64,000 nucleotides of DNA from Elusimicrobiota bacterium (lineage in GTDB: Bacteria > Elusimicrobiota > Elusimicrobia > UBA1565 > UBA9628): positions 129,306-193,305 of the forward strand of contig JACRDN010000016.1 of NCBI GenBank assembly GCA_016218575.1, in the 5' to 3' direction. Made by a program: the position numbers and the translations under genes. Position 1 is the stretch's first letter. Every line of letters starts with the position of its first letter. A model generated the notes under the pieces. That model was not told the DNA's origin. It made no database searches and was given only the letters and a program-made list of their open reading frames with translations. Positions 27,979-36,071 of the stretch are shown in pieces.

Positions 27979-29009
27979 GCTCCATCAAGGTCGGCGTGAT
28001 AGGGGCGGGGCGCATCGGGTCGCACCACGCGCGCATCCTCGGAAAGACCCCCGACGTCGAGCTCGTCGGGATATGCGACACCAATCTGTGGCGGGCCCAA
28101 TTCGTGGCTTGGCAAAGCAACTCCATGGCCGTGCGCGAGCATAAGGACCTCCTGGGGCGGGTGGACGCGGTCGTGATCGCGGTGCCGACCCCCATGCACC
28201 TCGAGGTAGGCCTGGCCGCCCTCGAAAAGGGAATCCATTGCCTCATAGAGAAGCCCCTGGCATCTTCCGTGGAGCAAGCCAGAAAGCTCTTGGACCTGGC
28301 GCAAGCCAAGAAGGTGGTGCTGCAGGTGGGGCACGTGGAGCGCTTCAACCCGGCCGTTCTCGAAGCCATCGGGCACATACGGAACCCGCGTTTCATCACC
28401 GTGGAGCGCCTAGGCCCCTACGACCCCCGCACGAGCCATATCGGGGTGGTGATGGACCTCATGATCCACGACTTAGACATCCTGCTCACCTTGGTGGGCT
28501 CCGAGATCGAGTCTTTGGAGGCGGTGGGAGCCCATGTCCTGGGCGAGCACGAGGACATCGCCAACGTGCGCGTGCGCTTCAAGACCGGCTGCATCGCGGA
28601 TTTGACCGCCAGCCGCATCTCCCTCGAGAAATGCCGCAAGCTCCGGATCTTCCAGCAGGACAGCTATATTTCGCTCGACTACGCCAACACCACCCTCAAG
28701 ATCTATAAGAAGAGGTCTCCAGTCATCAAGAGCCTCAAGGACGTGGAGATATTGAAGCCCAAGCTTTCCGCAGCCGAGCCATTGAGAAGCGAGCACCTTC
28801 ATTGGCTCGACTGCATCCGCCACAACCGCAAGCCCTGGCCGAGCGGGGAGCGGGGCATGGAGGCCTTGAAGCTCGCCCTCCAGATCGCCGACGAGCTCGA
28901 GCGCTACAAGGTAAGCCCCGACAAGCCCGCGCGGTCCATCATACCGAGCTGGGCGCAAGACCTGGGCAAGATCGCCAAGTCCGTGGGCAAGGACATCCTA
29001 AGCGATTGA
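27975..29009 (+). CDS. Gfo/Idh/MocA-family NAD-dependent oxidoreductase embedded in the lipid A operon (GnnA-like candidate)
   Basis: 344 aa. Rossmann N-terminus IKVGVIGAGRIGSHHARIL and family motif EKPLASSVEQARKLLDLA. ATGA overlap with lpxI and TTGA overlap with lpxB. Confidence 0.7.
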   Translation: MSSIKVGVIGAGRIGSHHARILGKTPDVELVGICDTNLWRAQFVAWQSNSMAVREHKDLLGRVDAVVIAVPTPMHLEVGLAALEKGIHCLIEKPLASSVEQARKLLDLAQAKKVVLQVGHVERFNPAVLEAIGHIRNPRFITVERLGPYDPRTSHIGVVMDLMIHDLDILLTLVGSEIESLEAVGAHVLGEHEDIANVRVRFKTGCIADLTASRISLEKCRKLRIFQQDSYISLDYANTTLKIYKKRSPVIKSLKDVEILKPKLSAAEPLRSEHLHWLDCIRHNRKPWPSGERGMEALKLALQIADELERYKVSPDKPARSIIPSWAQDLGKIAKSVGKDILSD

Positions 29010-30112
29010 GCCCCAAACGCGTCCTCGTCGTCGCCGGAGACCCCTCGGGAGACCTGCACGCCTCCCACCTGGTCCGGGCCTTGAAGCGCCGCGATCCCGC
29101 TCTTGAAGCCTCCGCCGTGGGCGGAGCGGCCCTCCAGGCGGCCGCGGATGAATTCCTGGAGGACTTGGCCTCTCGGGGAGTGACGGGATTCTGGGAGCCG
29201 GCGAGGCAGCTCCCCTTTCTGGCGAGCTTAAGGCGGCGCTTGAAGGCTTTCATGGCGAAAAAACGTCCCCACGCCCTAATCTGCGTCGACTACTACGGCT
29301 TCAACCGCCGGGTCCTGGGTCTGGCCCGTTCCTTGAATATACCGGCCTACTACTACATCAGCCCCCAGGTCTGGGCCAGCCGCCCGGGCCGGGTCCAAAC
29401 CCTCAAGGCTTTGGTGCGGCGGATGCTGGTGATTTTCCCTTTCGAGGAGGAGCTGTACCGAAAGGCGGGGGTGCCTTGCCTGTTCGTGGGACATCCGCTG
29501 CTGGATCTGATACCAGAACCTAGTCAAGCCGTCATGGAAGTGAATCGCCTCTTTAAAGTCGGCTTGCTTCCCGGAAGCCGTTCTTCCGAGGTCTCTAGGC
29601 ACCTTCCCGTTTTTCTCGACGCCTTCGACGAACTGCGCCGGCGCTTCCCGGCCTCCCGGGCCCTGGTATTCGCCAGCCGGGGGCTTCCCGATTCAGCCTA
29701 TGACTTGGGCAGGCGCGCTGGAGTGGAGCTGGTCAGGGAGTCAGGCTATGAGCTGCGCGCTGGCCTAGACATAGCGCTCACCTCATCAGGCACCGCGACT
29801 TTGGAGAACGCCCTCCTCGGCCTGCCCATGGTGGTGGTCTACAAGATGTCCTGGCCCACCTACGCCCTGGCGCGGCTGCTCGTGCGCGTTCCTTATATCG
29901 CCATGGCCAACCTTTTGGCCGCCAGAGCTTTGGTTCCCGAGCTGATCCAAGGCCAAGCCACCCCCCGGAACGTGGCGGACGCCGCGACCGAAATACTGAG
30001 CAGCCCAGGGCGCCGCGAAGAGATCCGCCGCGCCCTGTTGAGCCTGCGCGGACTCCTGGGCCAAGCGGGAGCGGCCGATAGGGCGGCCGAGAGCATCCTA
30101 GGCGACATCTGA
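29006..30112 (+). CDS. lpxB: Lipid-A-disaccharide synthase LpxB
   Basis: 368 aa from TTG 29006 (the six-frame ORF's 68-codon upstream extension overlaps the previous gene and is discounted). Conserved start KRVLVVAGDPSGDLHASHLVRAL and GT-B blocks. Confidence 0.8.
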   Translation: MSPKRVLVVAGDPSGDLHASHLVRALKRRDPALEASAVGGAALQAAADEFLEDLASRGVTGFWEPARQLPFLASLRRRLKAFMAKKRPHALICVDYYGFNRRVLGLARSLNIPAYYYISPQVWASRPGRVQTLKALVRRMLVIFPFEEELYRKAGVPCLFVGHPLLDLIPEPSQAVMEVNRLFKVGLLPGSRSSEVSRHLPVFLDAFDELRRRFPASRALVFASRGLPDSAYDLGRRAGVELVRESGYELRAGLDIALTSSGTATLENALLGLPMVVVYKMSWPTYALARLLVRVPYIAMANLLAARALVPELIQGQATPRNVADAATEILSSPGRREEIRRALLSLRGLLGQAGAADRAAESILGDI

Positions 30113-31881
30113 TGAGGGCTCTGCGCCGCTTCCTCAAGTACCTCAAGCCCTACCGCAGGCGCTGCGCCTACGCCACCCTCTCCATGTGCGCCGTGGCCCT
30201 CTTCAACGGCACCGCGGTTCTCCTGCTGAAGCCCATCGTGGACAAGGTTTTCATCGCCAAGGACTTCAAGATGCTGCGGCTGGCCGTGCTCGCCGTGCCT
30301 ATCCTCGTCGCCTTGAAGACCGCCGCCTCCTACGCCCAGAACTACCTGATGGGATGGCTCGGCCAGAAGGTGGCGCAGGAGATCCGAGAGGACCTCTTCC
30401 GCCATCTCCACGCCCTGCCCCTGGATTATTTCGCCCGGCACCAAAGCGGGGAGATCTTGGCGCGGGCGACCTCCGACCTCTCCGCCGTGCAGTGGGCCTT
30501 GACCTCGCTTCCGATCTACCTCATCCGGGACTCCATGACCGTGCTCGTTCTCTCGATTTCGCTCGCCTGCCTCGATCTCCACGTCGCCCTGCTCTCCCTT
30601 CTGGGCCTTCCCCTGGTAGTCTTCTTCTCCGTTATCCTGAGCAAAAAGATGCGGTCCGCCAGCCGCCAAAGCCAGGTCATCCTAGAGCACCTGACGCAGA
30701 GATTCCAGGAGAGCGTCCAGGGCATGGACATCATCAAAGCCTTTAATTACGAGGACGGACTCATCGAAAAATTCCAGGACGAGAATCACTCATTCTTCGT
30801 GCCTGTGATGCGCTTCTTGAGGGCCACGGCCCTGGCCGCGCCCCTCATGGAGCTGTGCGGGGGCGTCATCGCGGCCTTGATCTTGTATTTCGGAGGGTCG
30901 GAAGTCATCGAGGGCCGCATGACCCCGGGAGCCTTCTTCGCCTTCCTGGGGGCCTTTTTCGCGGCTTACGCCCCCATCAAGAACCTGGCCCGCTCCAATT
31001 CCGAGCTTCAAAGGGCCTTGGCCTCGGCCGAGAGAATTTTCCAGCTGCTCGATGAGCGCCCCGCCCTCCAGCACTCGGCCAAAACCGCGCCCTTCACCGA
31101 ACTCAAACAGGGAATCCGCTTCGAGAGCGTGAGCTTCCTCTACCCGGGGCGCCAGGAGCGGGCTTTGAGCGACGTCGACATTTTCCTGCCCAAAAACTCC
31201 TGGACGGTCTTGGTCGGCCCGAGCGGCTCGGGGAAAACCACCTTGGGAAGGCTCCTCCTCGGCCTGCAGGAGCCAGCGCGGGGGCGCATTCTGCTGGATG
31301 AGACGCCGCTATCCAGCCTAGACCCCAAGGCCCTTAGGGCCCGTATCGGCTTGGTGAGCCACAACACCCTCTTGTTCAACGCCACCGTCTTCGAGAACAT
31401 CGCCCTGGGACAGGGCGTGGTGACTTTGGGCGAAGTGGAAAGGGTCTGCCGCCTCACCGGAGCCCAGGAGTTCATCGAACGCCTGCCGGAGGGCTACCAG
31501 ACGCGCCTGGGCGAATCTGGGCTGGCGCTTTCCGCCGGGCAAAGGCAAAAAATCGGCCTGGCCAGAGCCCTCATCAAGAATCCGCCGATCCTGATCCTCG
31601 ACGAGGCCACATCCAATCTGGACGCCGCGAGCGAAGCCGAGATATTGGAGACCCTGGAGGCCCTGATCCCGGGACGCACCGCGGTCATGATCTCGCATAA
31701 TCTGCAGAATCTGAGCCGAGCCGACCGCGTTTTGGTCTTCAAGCAGGGCCGCCTGGTGGAGGCCGGGAGCCATGCCAGCCTGTTGGCGCTCGGCGGCTTC
31801 TACCGAAAGCTTTATGAATTCCAGAAGGCGGAGCCCACGGCCCTGCAGTCCCCTCAAGCCTCCGGAGCCGCCCATGCTTAG
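30112..31881 (+). CDS. msbA: Lipid A export ABC transporter MsbA (fused permease/ATPase)
   Basis: 589 aa. Six-TM exporter domain plus NBD with Walker A (GPSGSGKTT), signature (LSAGQRQKIGLARAL) and Walker B (ILILDEAT). Immediately downstream of lpxB; start and stop share one nucleotide. Confidence 0.8.
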   Translation: MRALRRFLKYLKPYRRRCAYATLSMCAVALFNGTAVLLLKPIVDKVFIAKDFKMLRLAVLAVPILVALKTAASYAQNYLMGWLGQKVAQEIREDLFRHLHALPLDYFARHQSGEILARATSDLSAVQWALTSLPIYLIRDSMTVLVLSISLACLDLHVALLSLLGLPLVVFFSVILSKKMRSASRQSQVILEHLTQRFQESVQGMDIIKAFNYEDGLIEKFQDENHSFFVPVMRFLRATALAAPLMELCGGVIAALILYFGGSEVIEGRMTPGAFFAFLGAFFAAYAPIKNLARSNSELQRALASAERIFQLLDERPALQHSAKTAPFTELKQGIRFESVSFLYPGRQERALSDVDIFLPKNSWTVLVGPSGSGKTTLGRLLLGLQEPARGRILLDETPLSSLDPKALRARIGLVSHNTLLFNATVFENIALGQGVVTLGEVERVCRLTGAQEFIERLPEGYQTRLGESGLALSAGQRQKIGLARALIKNPPILILDEATSNLDAASEAEILETLEALIPGRTAVMISHNLQNLSRADRVLVFKQGRLVEAGSHASLLALGGFYRKLYEFQKAEPTALQSPQASGAAHA

Positions 31882-32587
31882 GGTGTTCACAGCGCTCGCC
31901 GTGCTCATGACTTTCGCGGGCGGGCTTCTGCCGTTTTTCAAGGGCCTGCTCTCGCGCCAAGGGATCACTCATCTATTTTGCCTGCGCGCGGGAATTTTGC
32001 TCTCGGTATCGTTCACGGAAATCCTGCCGGAGGCCTGGGCCACCCACCATGCCTGGGGCGGCTGGGGAGCTCTCGGGGCCTTCGTTCTCCTCTTCGTCAT
32101 GGGAAATTTCGCCATGCTCGATTCCTGCCCGGAATATTTGGAGGAATGCCGCGTCCATTACCTGGGCTGGACGGCCCTCCTGGCCCTCTCGACTCACTCG
32201 TTCCTGGACGGCTTCAACCTCGCCGTGGCCTTCTCGGCCGGAGCCAAGGCCGGGCTCGCGGTGGGACTCACCTTGGCGCTGCACAAGCTCGCCGACGGGT
32301 TCACCTTGATCTCGCTTTTCGAAACCAGCGCCTACAGCCGAGCCCAAAGCCTCTTGGGCCTCTCCTGCGTGGCGGGCATGACGCCCTTGGGAGCGCTCTT
32401 GAGCTCCTGGGGATTCGCTGGACTTCCGCGTTCGGCCGAGGCGGGCCTCATGGGATTTGCCGCCGGCTCCTTCATATACATCGCCGCCGCCGACATCCTG
32501 CCCAGGCTCCACAAAAAGAGGGACAAGGCCGGACTCCTCTACTTTAGTCTCGGCATGTTCGGTATGGCGGCCTTGAAGATTCTGTAG
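31874..32587 (+). CDS. ZIP-family divalent metal (zinc) transporter
   Basis: 237 aa from ATG 31874 (overlaps the msbA stop; the ORF track starts at 31772). ZIP metal-binding motifs HSFLDGFNLAVAF and LHKLADGF. Confidence 0.7.
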   Translation: MLRVFTALAVLMTFAGGLLPFFKGLLSRQGITHLFCLRAGILLSVSFTEILPEAWATHHAWGGWGALGAFVLLFVMGNFAMLDSCPEYLEECRVHYLGWTALLALSTHSFLDGFNLAVAFSAGAKAGLAVGLTLALHKLADGFTLISLFETSAYSRAQSLLGLSCVAGMTPLGALLSSWGFAGLPRSAEAGLMGFAAGSFIYIAAADILPRLHKKRDKAGLLYFSLGMFGMAALKIL

Positions 32588-32622
32588 CATAATATCGCAG
32601 AGACGGCCCCGGCCGCGCGCCC

Positions 32623-34065
32623 ATGGAAAAAGAAGAGATTCTCAAGCAATTCTCCGCCTATTCTCCCCACGTCGACACGGCCATGCTCGCCAAGGCCTAC
32701 GACTATTCGACCAAGGCACACGCCAACCAGGAGCGAGCCTCCGGAGAGCACTACTTCGTGCATTGCGGGGCGGTGGCCCAGTCCCTCGTGGAATGGAAGA
32801 TGGACCTGCCCACCATCTGCGCCGGGCTTCTCCACGACGTCCTCGAGGACACCCCCGTCACCGCCGAAGCCCTGCGCGCGGAATTCGGAGAGGAGATCAC
32901 CAAAATGGTCGAGGGACTCACCAAGCTCGACCGCCTGCAGTTCTCCTCTCTGGACGACGCCCAGGCGGAGAACTGGCGCAAGATGCTGCTGGCCACCGCC
33001 CAGGACATCCGCGTCATCATGATCAAGCTGGCCGACCGCCTGCACAATATGAAGACCTTGGGGTATTTGAGCCGCGAGAAGCAGGAGCGCATCGCCCACG
33101 AGACGATCTCCCTCTACGCGCCCCTGGCCCACCGCCTCGGCATTTTCAGGCTCAAGGGCCAGCTCGAGGATTTGGCCTTCGCGGCCCTGCACCCCAAGGA
33201 GCACGAAAGCCTGAACGCCAAGGTCAACGCCCAGGTCGCGGCGCGAGAGCTCTCCCTCAGCAGGTTCAAGGAGGCCGTGGGAAAGGCCTTGGTGCCGAGC
33301 AACATACCCCATCGAATCGTCGCCCGCACCAAGAACCTCTACTCGATCTACCACAAGATGCTGCGCCAAGACAAGCCTTTCGAGGAGATACAGGACGCCC
33401 TCGGGGTGCGCATCATCACCGACACCATCGCCAACTGCTACGCCCTCCTGGGACTCGTGCACACCTATTTCAAGCCCGTGGCCGGGAGTTTCACGGACTA
33501 CATATCTCTTCCCAAGATGAACCTTTACCGAAGCCTCCACACCACGGTCATGGGGCCGGGCGGAGAGTTCGTGGAGATACAGATCCGCACCGAGGAGATG
33601 CACCGCACCGCCGAGTACGGAATCGCGGCTCACTGGCGCTACAAGCTGGGCGAGCACTCCAAGGACGTTCATCTCGAGGAGAAGCTCAATTGGCTTCGGC
33701 AATGGATCGAATGGCTGCAGGACTTGAAAAGCCCGCGGGAGTTCCTGGACAGCCTCAAGACCGACCTTGAGTTCAAACAGGTCTTCGTCTTCACTCCGGC
33801 CGGGGAGGTCAAGGTCCTGCCCTCCGGCGCCACCCCGCTCGATTTCGCTTTCGCCGTCCACACCGCCATCGGCGAGGCCTGCGTCGGGGCCCAGGTCAAC
33901 AATAAGATGGTCAAGCTCGACTACCAGCTCAAATCCGGCGACATCTGCCGCATCATCACCAAGAAGGGCTCAGTCCCCAAGAAAGATTGGCTCACCGTCG
34001 TCAAGACCGCGCGGGCCCGCTCCAAGATCCGCCACTACCTGCGCGAGCACGGTATCGTCGTTTAG
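32623..34065 (+). CDS. Short RelA/SpoT-homolog (HD hydrolase + (p)ppGpp synthetase + TGS, lacking C-terminal regulatory domains)
   Basis: 480 aa. HD domain (HYFVHCGAVAQ..LLHDVLEDT), synthetase domain (RTKNLYSIYHKM...GVRIITDT...EIQIRTEEMH) and TGS domain (VFVFTPAGEVKVLPSGATPLDFAFAVHT). The protein stops about 30 residues after the TGS domain. Confidence 0.75.
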   Translation: MEKEEILKQFSAYSPHVDTAMLAKAYDYSTKAHANQERASGEHYFVHCGAVAQSLVEWKMDLPTICAGLLHDVLEDTPVTAEALRAEFGEEITKMVEGLTKLDRLQFSSLDDAQAENWRKMLLATAQDIRVIMIKLADRLHNMKTLGYLSREKQERIAHETISLYAPLAHRLGIFRLKGQLEDLAFAALHPKEHESLNAKVNAQVAARELSLSRFKEAVGKALVPSNIPHRIVARTKNLYSIYHKMLRQDKPFEEIQDALGVRIITDTIANCYALLGLVHTYFKPVAGSFTDYISLPKMNLYRSLHTTVMGPGGEFVEIQIRTEEMHRTAEYGIAAHWRYKLGEHSKDVHLEEKLNWLRQWIEWLQDLKSPREFLDSLKTDLEFKQVFVFTPAGEVKVLPSGATPLDFAFAVHTAIGEACVGAQVNNKMVKLDYQLKSGDICRIITKKGSVPKKDWLTVVKTARARSKIRHYLREHGIVV

Positions 34066-34127
34066 ATGCCCTACTTCGCGCAAGCGGTCGCTAGGCGCAA
34101 GACGGTAATACAACCTGCTTAGACGAC

Positions 34128-34163
34128 TTATCCACCAGACTTCGCCACGAAGTTTTGTGGACA
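34128..34163. repeat. 36-bp palindromic element, copy B
   Basis: TTATCCACCAGACTTCGCCACGAAGTTTTGTGGACA. Same length as copy A; 7 substitutions, including a C-G to A-T double change that keeps the same stem pair. It sits between convergent genes (rel stop 34065; membrane-protein stop 34199). Confidence 0.6.
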
Positions 34164-34198
34164 ATTGGGGCTGCTTATAAGAAGGAGCCGCTCCAGCG

Positions 34199-35848
34199 TT
34201 AAAGTCCCGGCCGCGGGGCGGCGAAAGTCTGCTGCCTCCTCTTTTCGGCTTCCAAGAGCGGCAAGGGGATCTCTCCCAGACGCAGGGCCTCGTTGCGCGC
34301 CGCGTCGTCCTTGGGCAGCCAGTAGCGGTACTCGTGGGCTTTAAGCCATTCAGCCGGGACGAACTCGCGATCCACGAAAAGCAGGGCCCGCCAGTCCCAG
34401 TAGACCAAGGCCCAGCGCTCCCGGGGCATATAGAACAGATACCAGGGCCTAGGGAAGGACTTCCGTCCGCCGCCGGGATAGGCCCGCTCTGTCGGGAATC
34501 TCAGGTCCAGGTTGTAAGTAAGGACCCCGGTGAGCCCCTGCTTCTTTAAATACTCCTGCCAGGTATGCGAGTTCGAGATGGCCCGGGCCTGCTCCAGCAG
34601 TTGGGGATGGAAGATATAACGCCCGTCGCTGAATACCCGGTACCAAGGCCCGAGCTCCCAACCAAGATAGCCTCCCCATTCCCAGGGATTGTAGAGCCTG
34701 AGCCTCTCGATTACCGGCTTTTCCCGCGCCAAGAACCGGGCGGCCTCGACCGGGACATGCCTGTGGCTGAAGAAGGGCTCTGACCATGAGAAATGGGTCA
34801 GAGTCCATACAAGAAACGCCGCGTAGGCGAGAAAGATTTGTGGAAGTATCTTTAATCGCCATTTTTTTGAATGAAGCATGCCGTCGCCGAATTTTACGAT
34901 GAGAAAAGTCGAGGCGATCCCGGAAAATGCGGCCAGGCGCGCGTGAGCCAGGGCGCCCAAGCCCAGATAAAGCGCCGCTAGGGCGGGCCCCCAAGGAAGC
35001 CTCCGGCGCCGTTCTGTCTGCGAGACCGCATGCAAGACCAAACCCGCCGCGGCCGCGAGCAGGACCCAAAAGGGCCAATGCAGGGGGTTCTCAAAGGTCG
35101 TGGGATGCCATTCCTTTATATGCTGAGAGAGAAAGGCCCTCTCCCGCCAATGACGCAGAATCACGAGGTGAGGGCCCCAGCCATAAGGATTGAAAAAGCT
35201 GCCCGCCAGGGCAGCCAGGAAAAAAAATCCCAGTTCTCGCAGGCTATCCCAACGGCGTTGGAAGACTTCAGCCACGGCATACAGCAGGATCAGGACGAGC
35301 CCCAAAGCGAACCCGCCGTGCAGATTAGACCAAAGCGCAAAAGCCGGAAAAAACCAAAACCATGGGTGAGTGTTTCTCCTCTGCGCTTGCGGGAAGTGGC
35401 TTTCAAGCTCCCAAAGGAGCCACGAGAAGAGAAGAATGGAGAAAAGCTCCGGCCGAATGTCCGAGGCCGGGAGCAAAGCTGCGGACCATAGTACCAGGGC
35501 CGCTGCGCGGCCCTGGTAAGAAATGCCATAGGCCTTTAGGGTCTTGTGGAAGAAAAACCACGCTCCAAGAAGGATTCCGGCCTTGGCTAGCCACAGCCCC
35601 CACATTCCCCCGCAAGAACGGCAGAAAAAGAAGAGGATTTGGGAAAGCCACTCAAAATCCGCCCAGGACGCTTGCCCGGCGGTGAAGGAGAGAAAGTCCC
35701 GGGCCGGCCAAGCCCGGTGCTCCAGCATCCAGCGAGCGGCGGAAAAATGCCAGAAGATATCCGGGTTATAGGCGGGAACAATGAAGGCCGGAAGAGCCAG
35801 AAGTGTTGCGACGAGCCAGTATTTCTCCTCTTCTTCAAGAGGAGGCAA
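34199..35848 (-). CDS. Large polytopic membrane protein of unknown function (possible GT-C-like glycosyltransferase)
   Basis: 549 aa, about 10-12 TM helices with a conserved-looking N-terminal loop (NPDIFWHFSAARWMLEHRAWPARDF) and a soluble C-terminal domain. High GC3. TTG start immediately follows the rpmB stop. Confidence 0.6.
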   Translation of the reverse strand: MPPLEEEEKYWLVATLLALPAFIVPAYNPDIFWHFSAARWMLEHRAWPARDFLSFTAGQASWADFEWLSQILFFFCRSCGGMWGLWLAKAGILLGAWFFFHKTLKAYGISYQGRAAALVLWSAALLPASDIRPELFSILLFSWLLWELESHFPQAQRRNTHPWFWFFPAFALWSNLHGGFALGLVLILLYAVAEVFQRRWDSLRELGFFFLAALAGSFFNPYGWGPHLVILRHWRERAFLSQHIKEWHPTTFENPLHWPFWVLLAAAAGLVLHAVSQTERRRRLPWGPALAALYLGLGALAHARLAAFSGIASTFLIVKFGDGMLHSKKWRLKILPQIFLAYAAFLVWTLTHFSWSEPFFSHRHVPVEAARFLAREKPVIERLRLYNPWEWGGYLGWELGPWYRVFSDGRYIFHPQLLEQARAISNSHTWQEYLKKQGLTGVLTYNLDLRFPTERAYPGGGRKSFPRPWYLFYMPRERWALVYWDWRALLFVDREFVPAEWLKAHEYRYWLPKDDAARNEALRLGEIPLPLLEAEKRRQQTFAAPRPGL

Positions 35849-36043
35849 TTACCGGACCGGGCGAACCGCGCGACCAGACCGGATGCAATCGGTGCAGACG
35901 TAGCCGGTTTGGGTCTTGCCTTCCAGAACGAACTTCTGCCTCTGCAGGTTGGGCCTGAAGGTGCGCTTGGAGGCCTTGTGGGAGTGACTGTAGCTAAATC
36001 CCCCCACGGGCCCCTTGGCGCAGATAGAGCACTTAAATGCCAT
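35849..36043 (-). CDS. rpmB: 50S ribosomal protein L28 (Zn-ribbon form)
   Basis: 64 aa, MAFKCSICAKGPVGGFSYSHSHKASKRTFRPNLQRQKFVLEGKTQTGYVCTDCIRSG. Matches the bL28 signature (C-x2-C-GK, SHS, TKR-x-F-x-PNLQ) with a second CxxC pair. Embedded in a longer spurious ORF (to 36277). Confidence 0.8.
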   Translation of the reverse strand: MAFKCSICAKGPVGGFSYSHSHKASKRTFRPNLQRQKFVLEGKTQTGYVCTDCIRSGRAVRPVR

Positions 36044-36071
36044 AAATGCTATTTTAACAAATAGACGGGCC

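Noticed and set aside
28802-29005. Upstream extension of the lpxB ORF.
   Set aside because: It overlaps the preceding oxidoreductase. The conserved LpxB N-terminus begins at TTG 29006, which overlaps the upstream stop (TTGA).
32623-34198. Short rel as a pseudogene.
   Set aside because: No frameshifted continuation encoding the helical, zinc-finger or ACT domains is visible downstream, and the ORF has full-length intact catalytic domains. It is treated as a genuine short form pending comparison with relatives.
36015-36071. recG start at ATG 36015.
   Set aside because: It would overlap the rpmB start codon region on the opposite strand. ATG 36072 immediately precedes the conserved RecG N-terminal block. 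It is kept as an alternative only.
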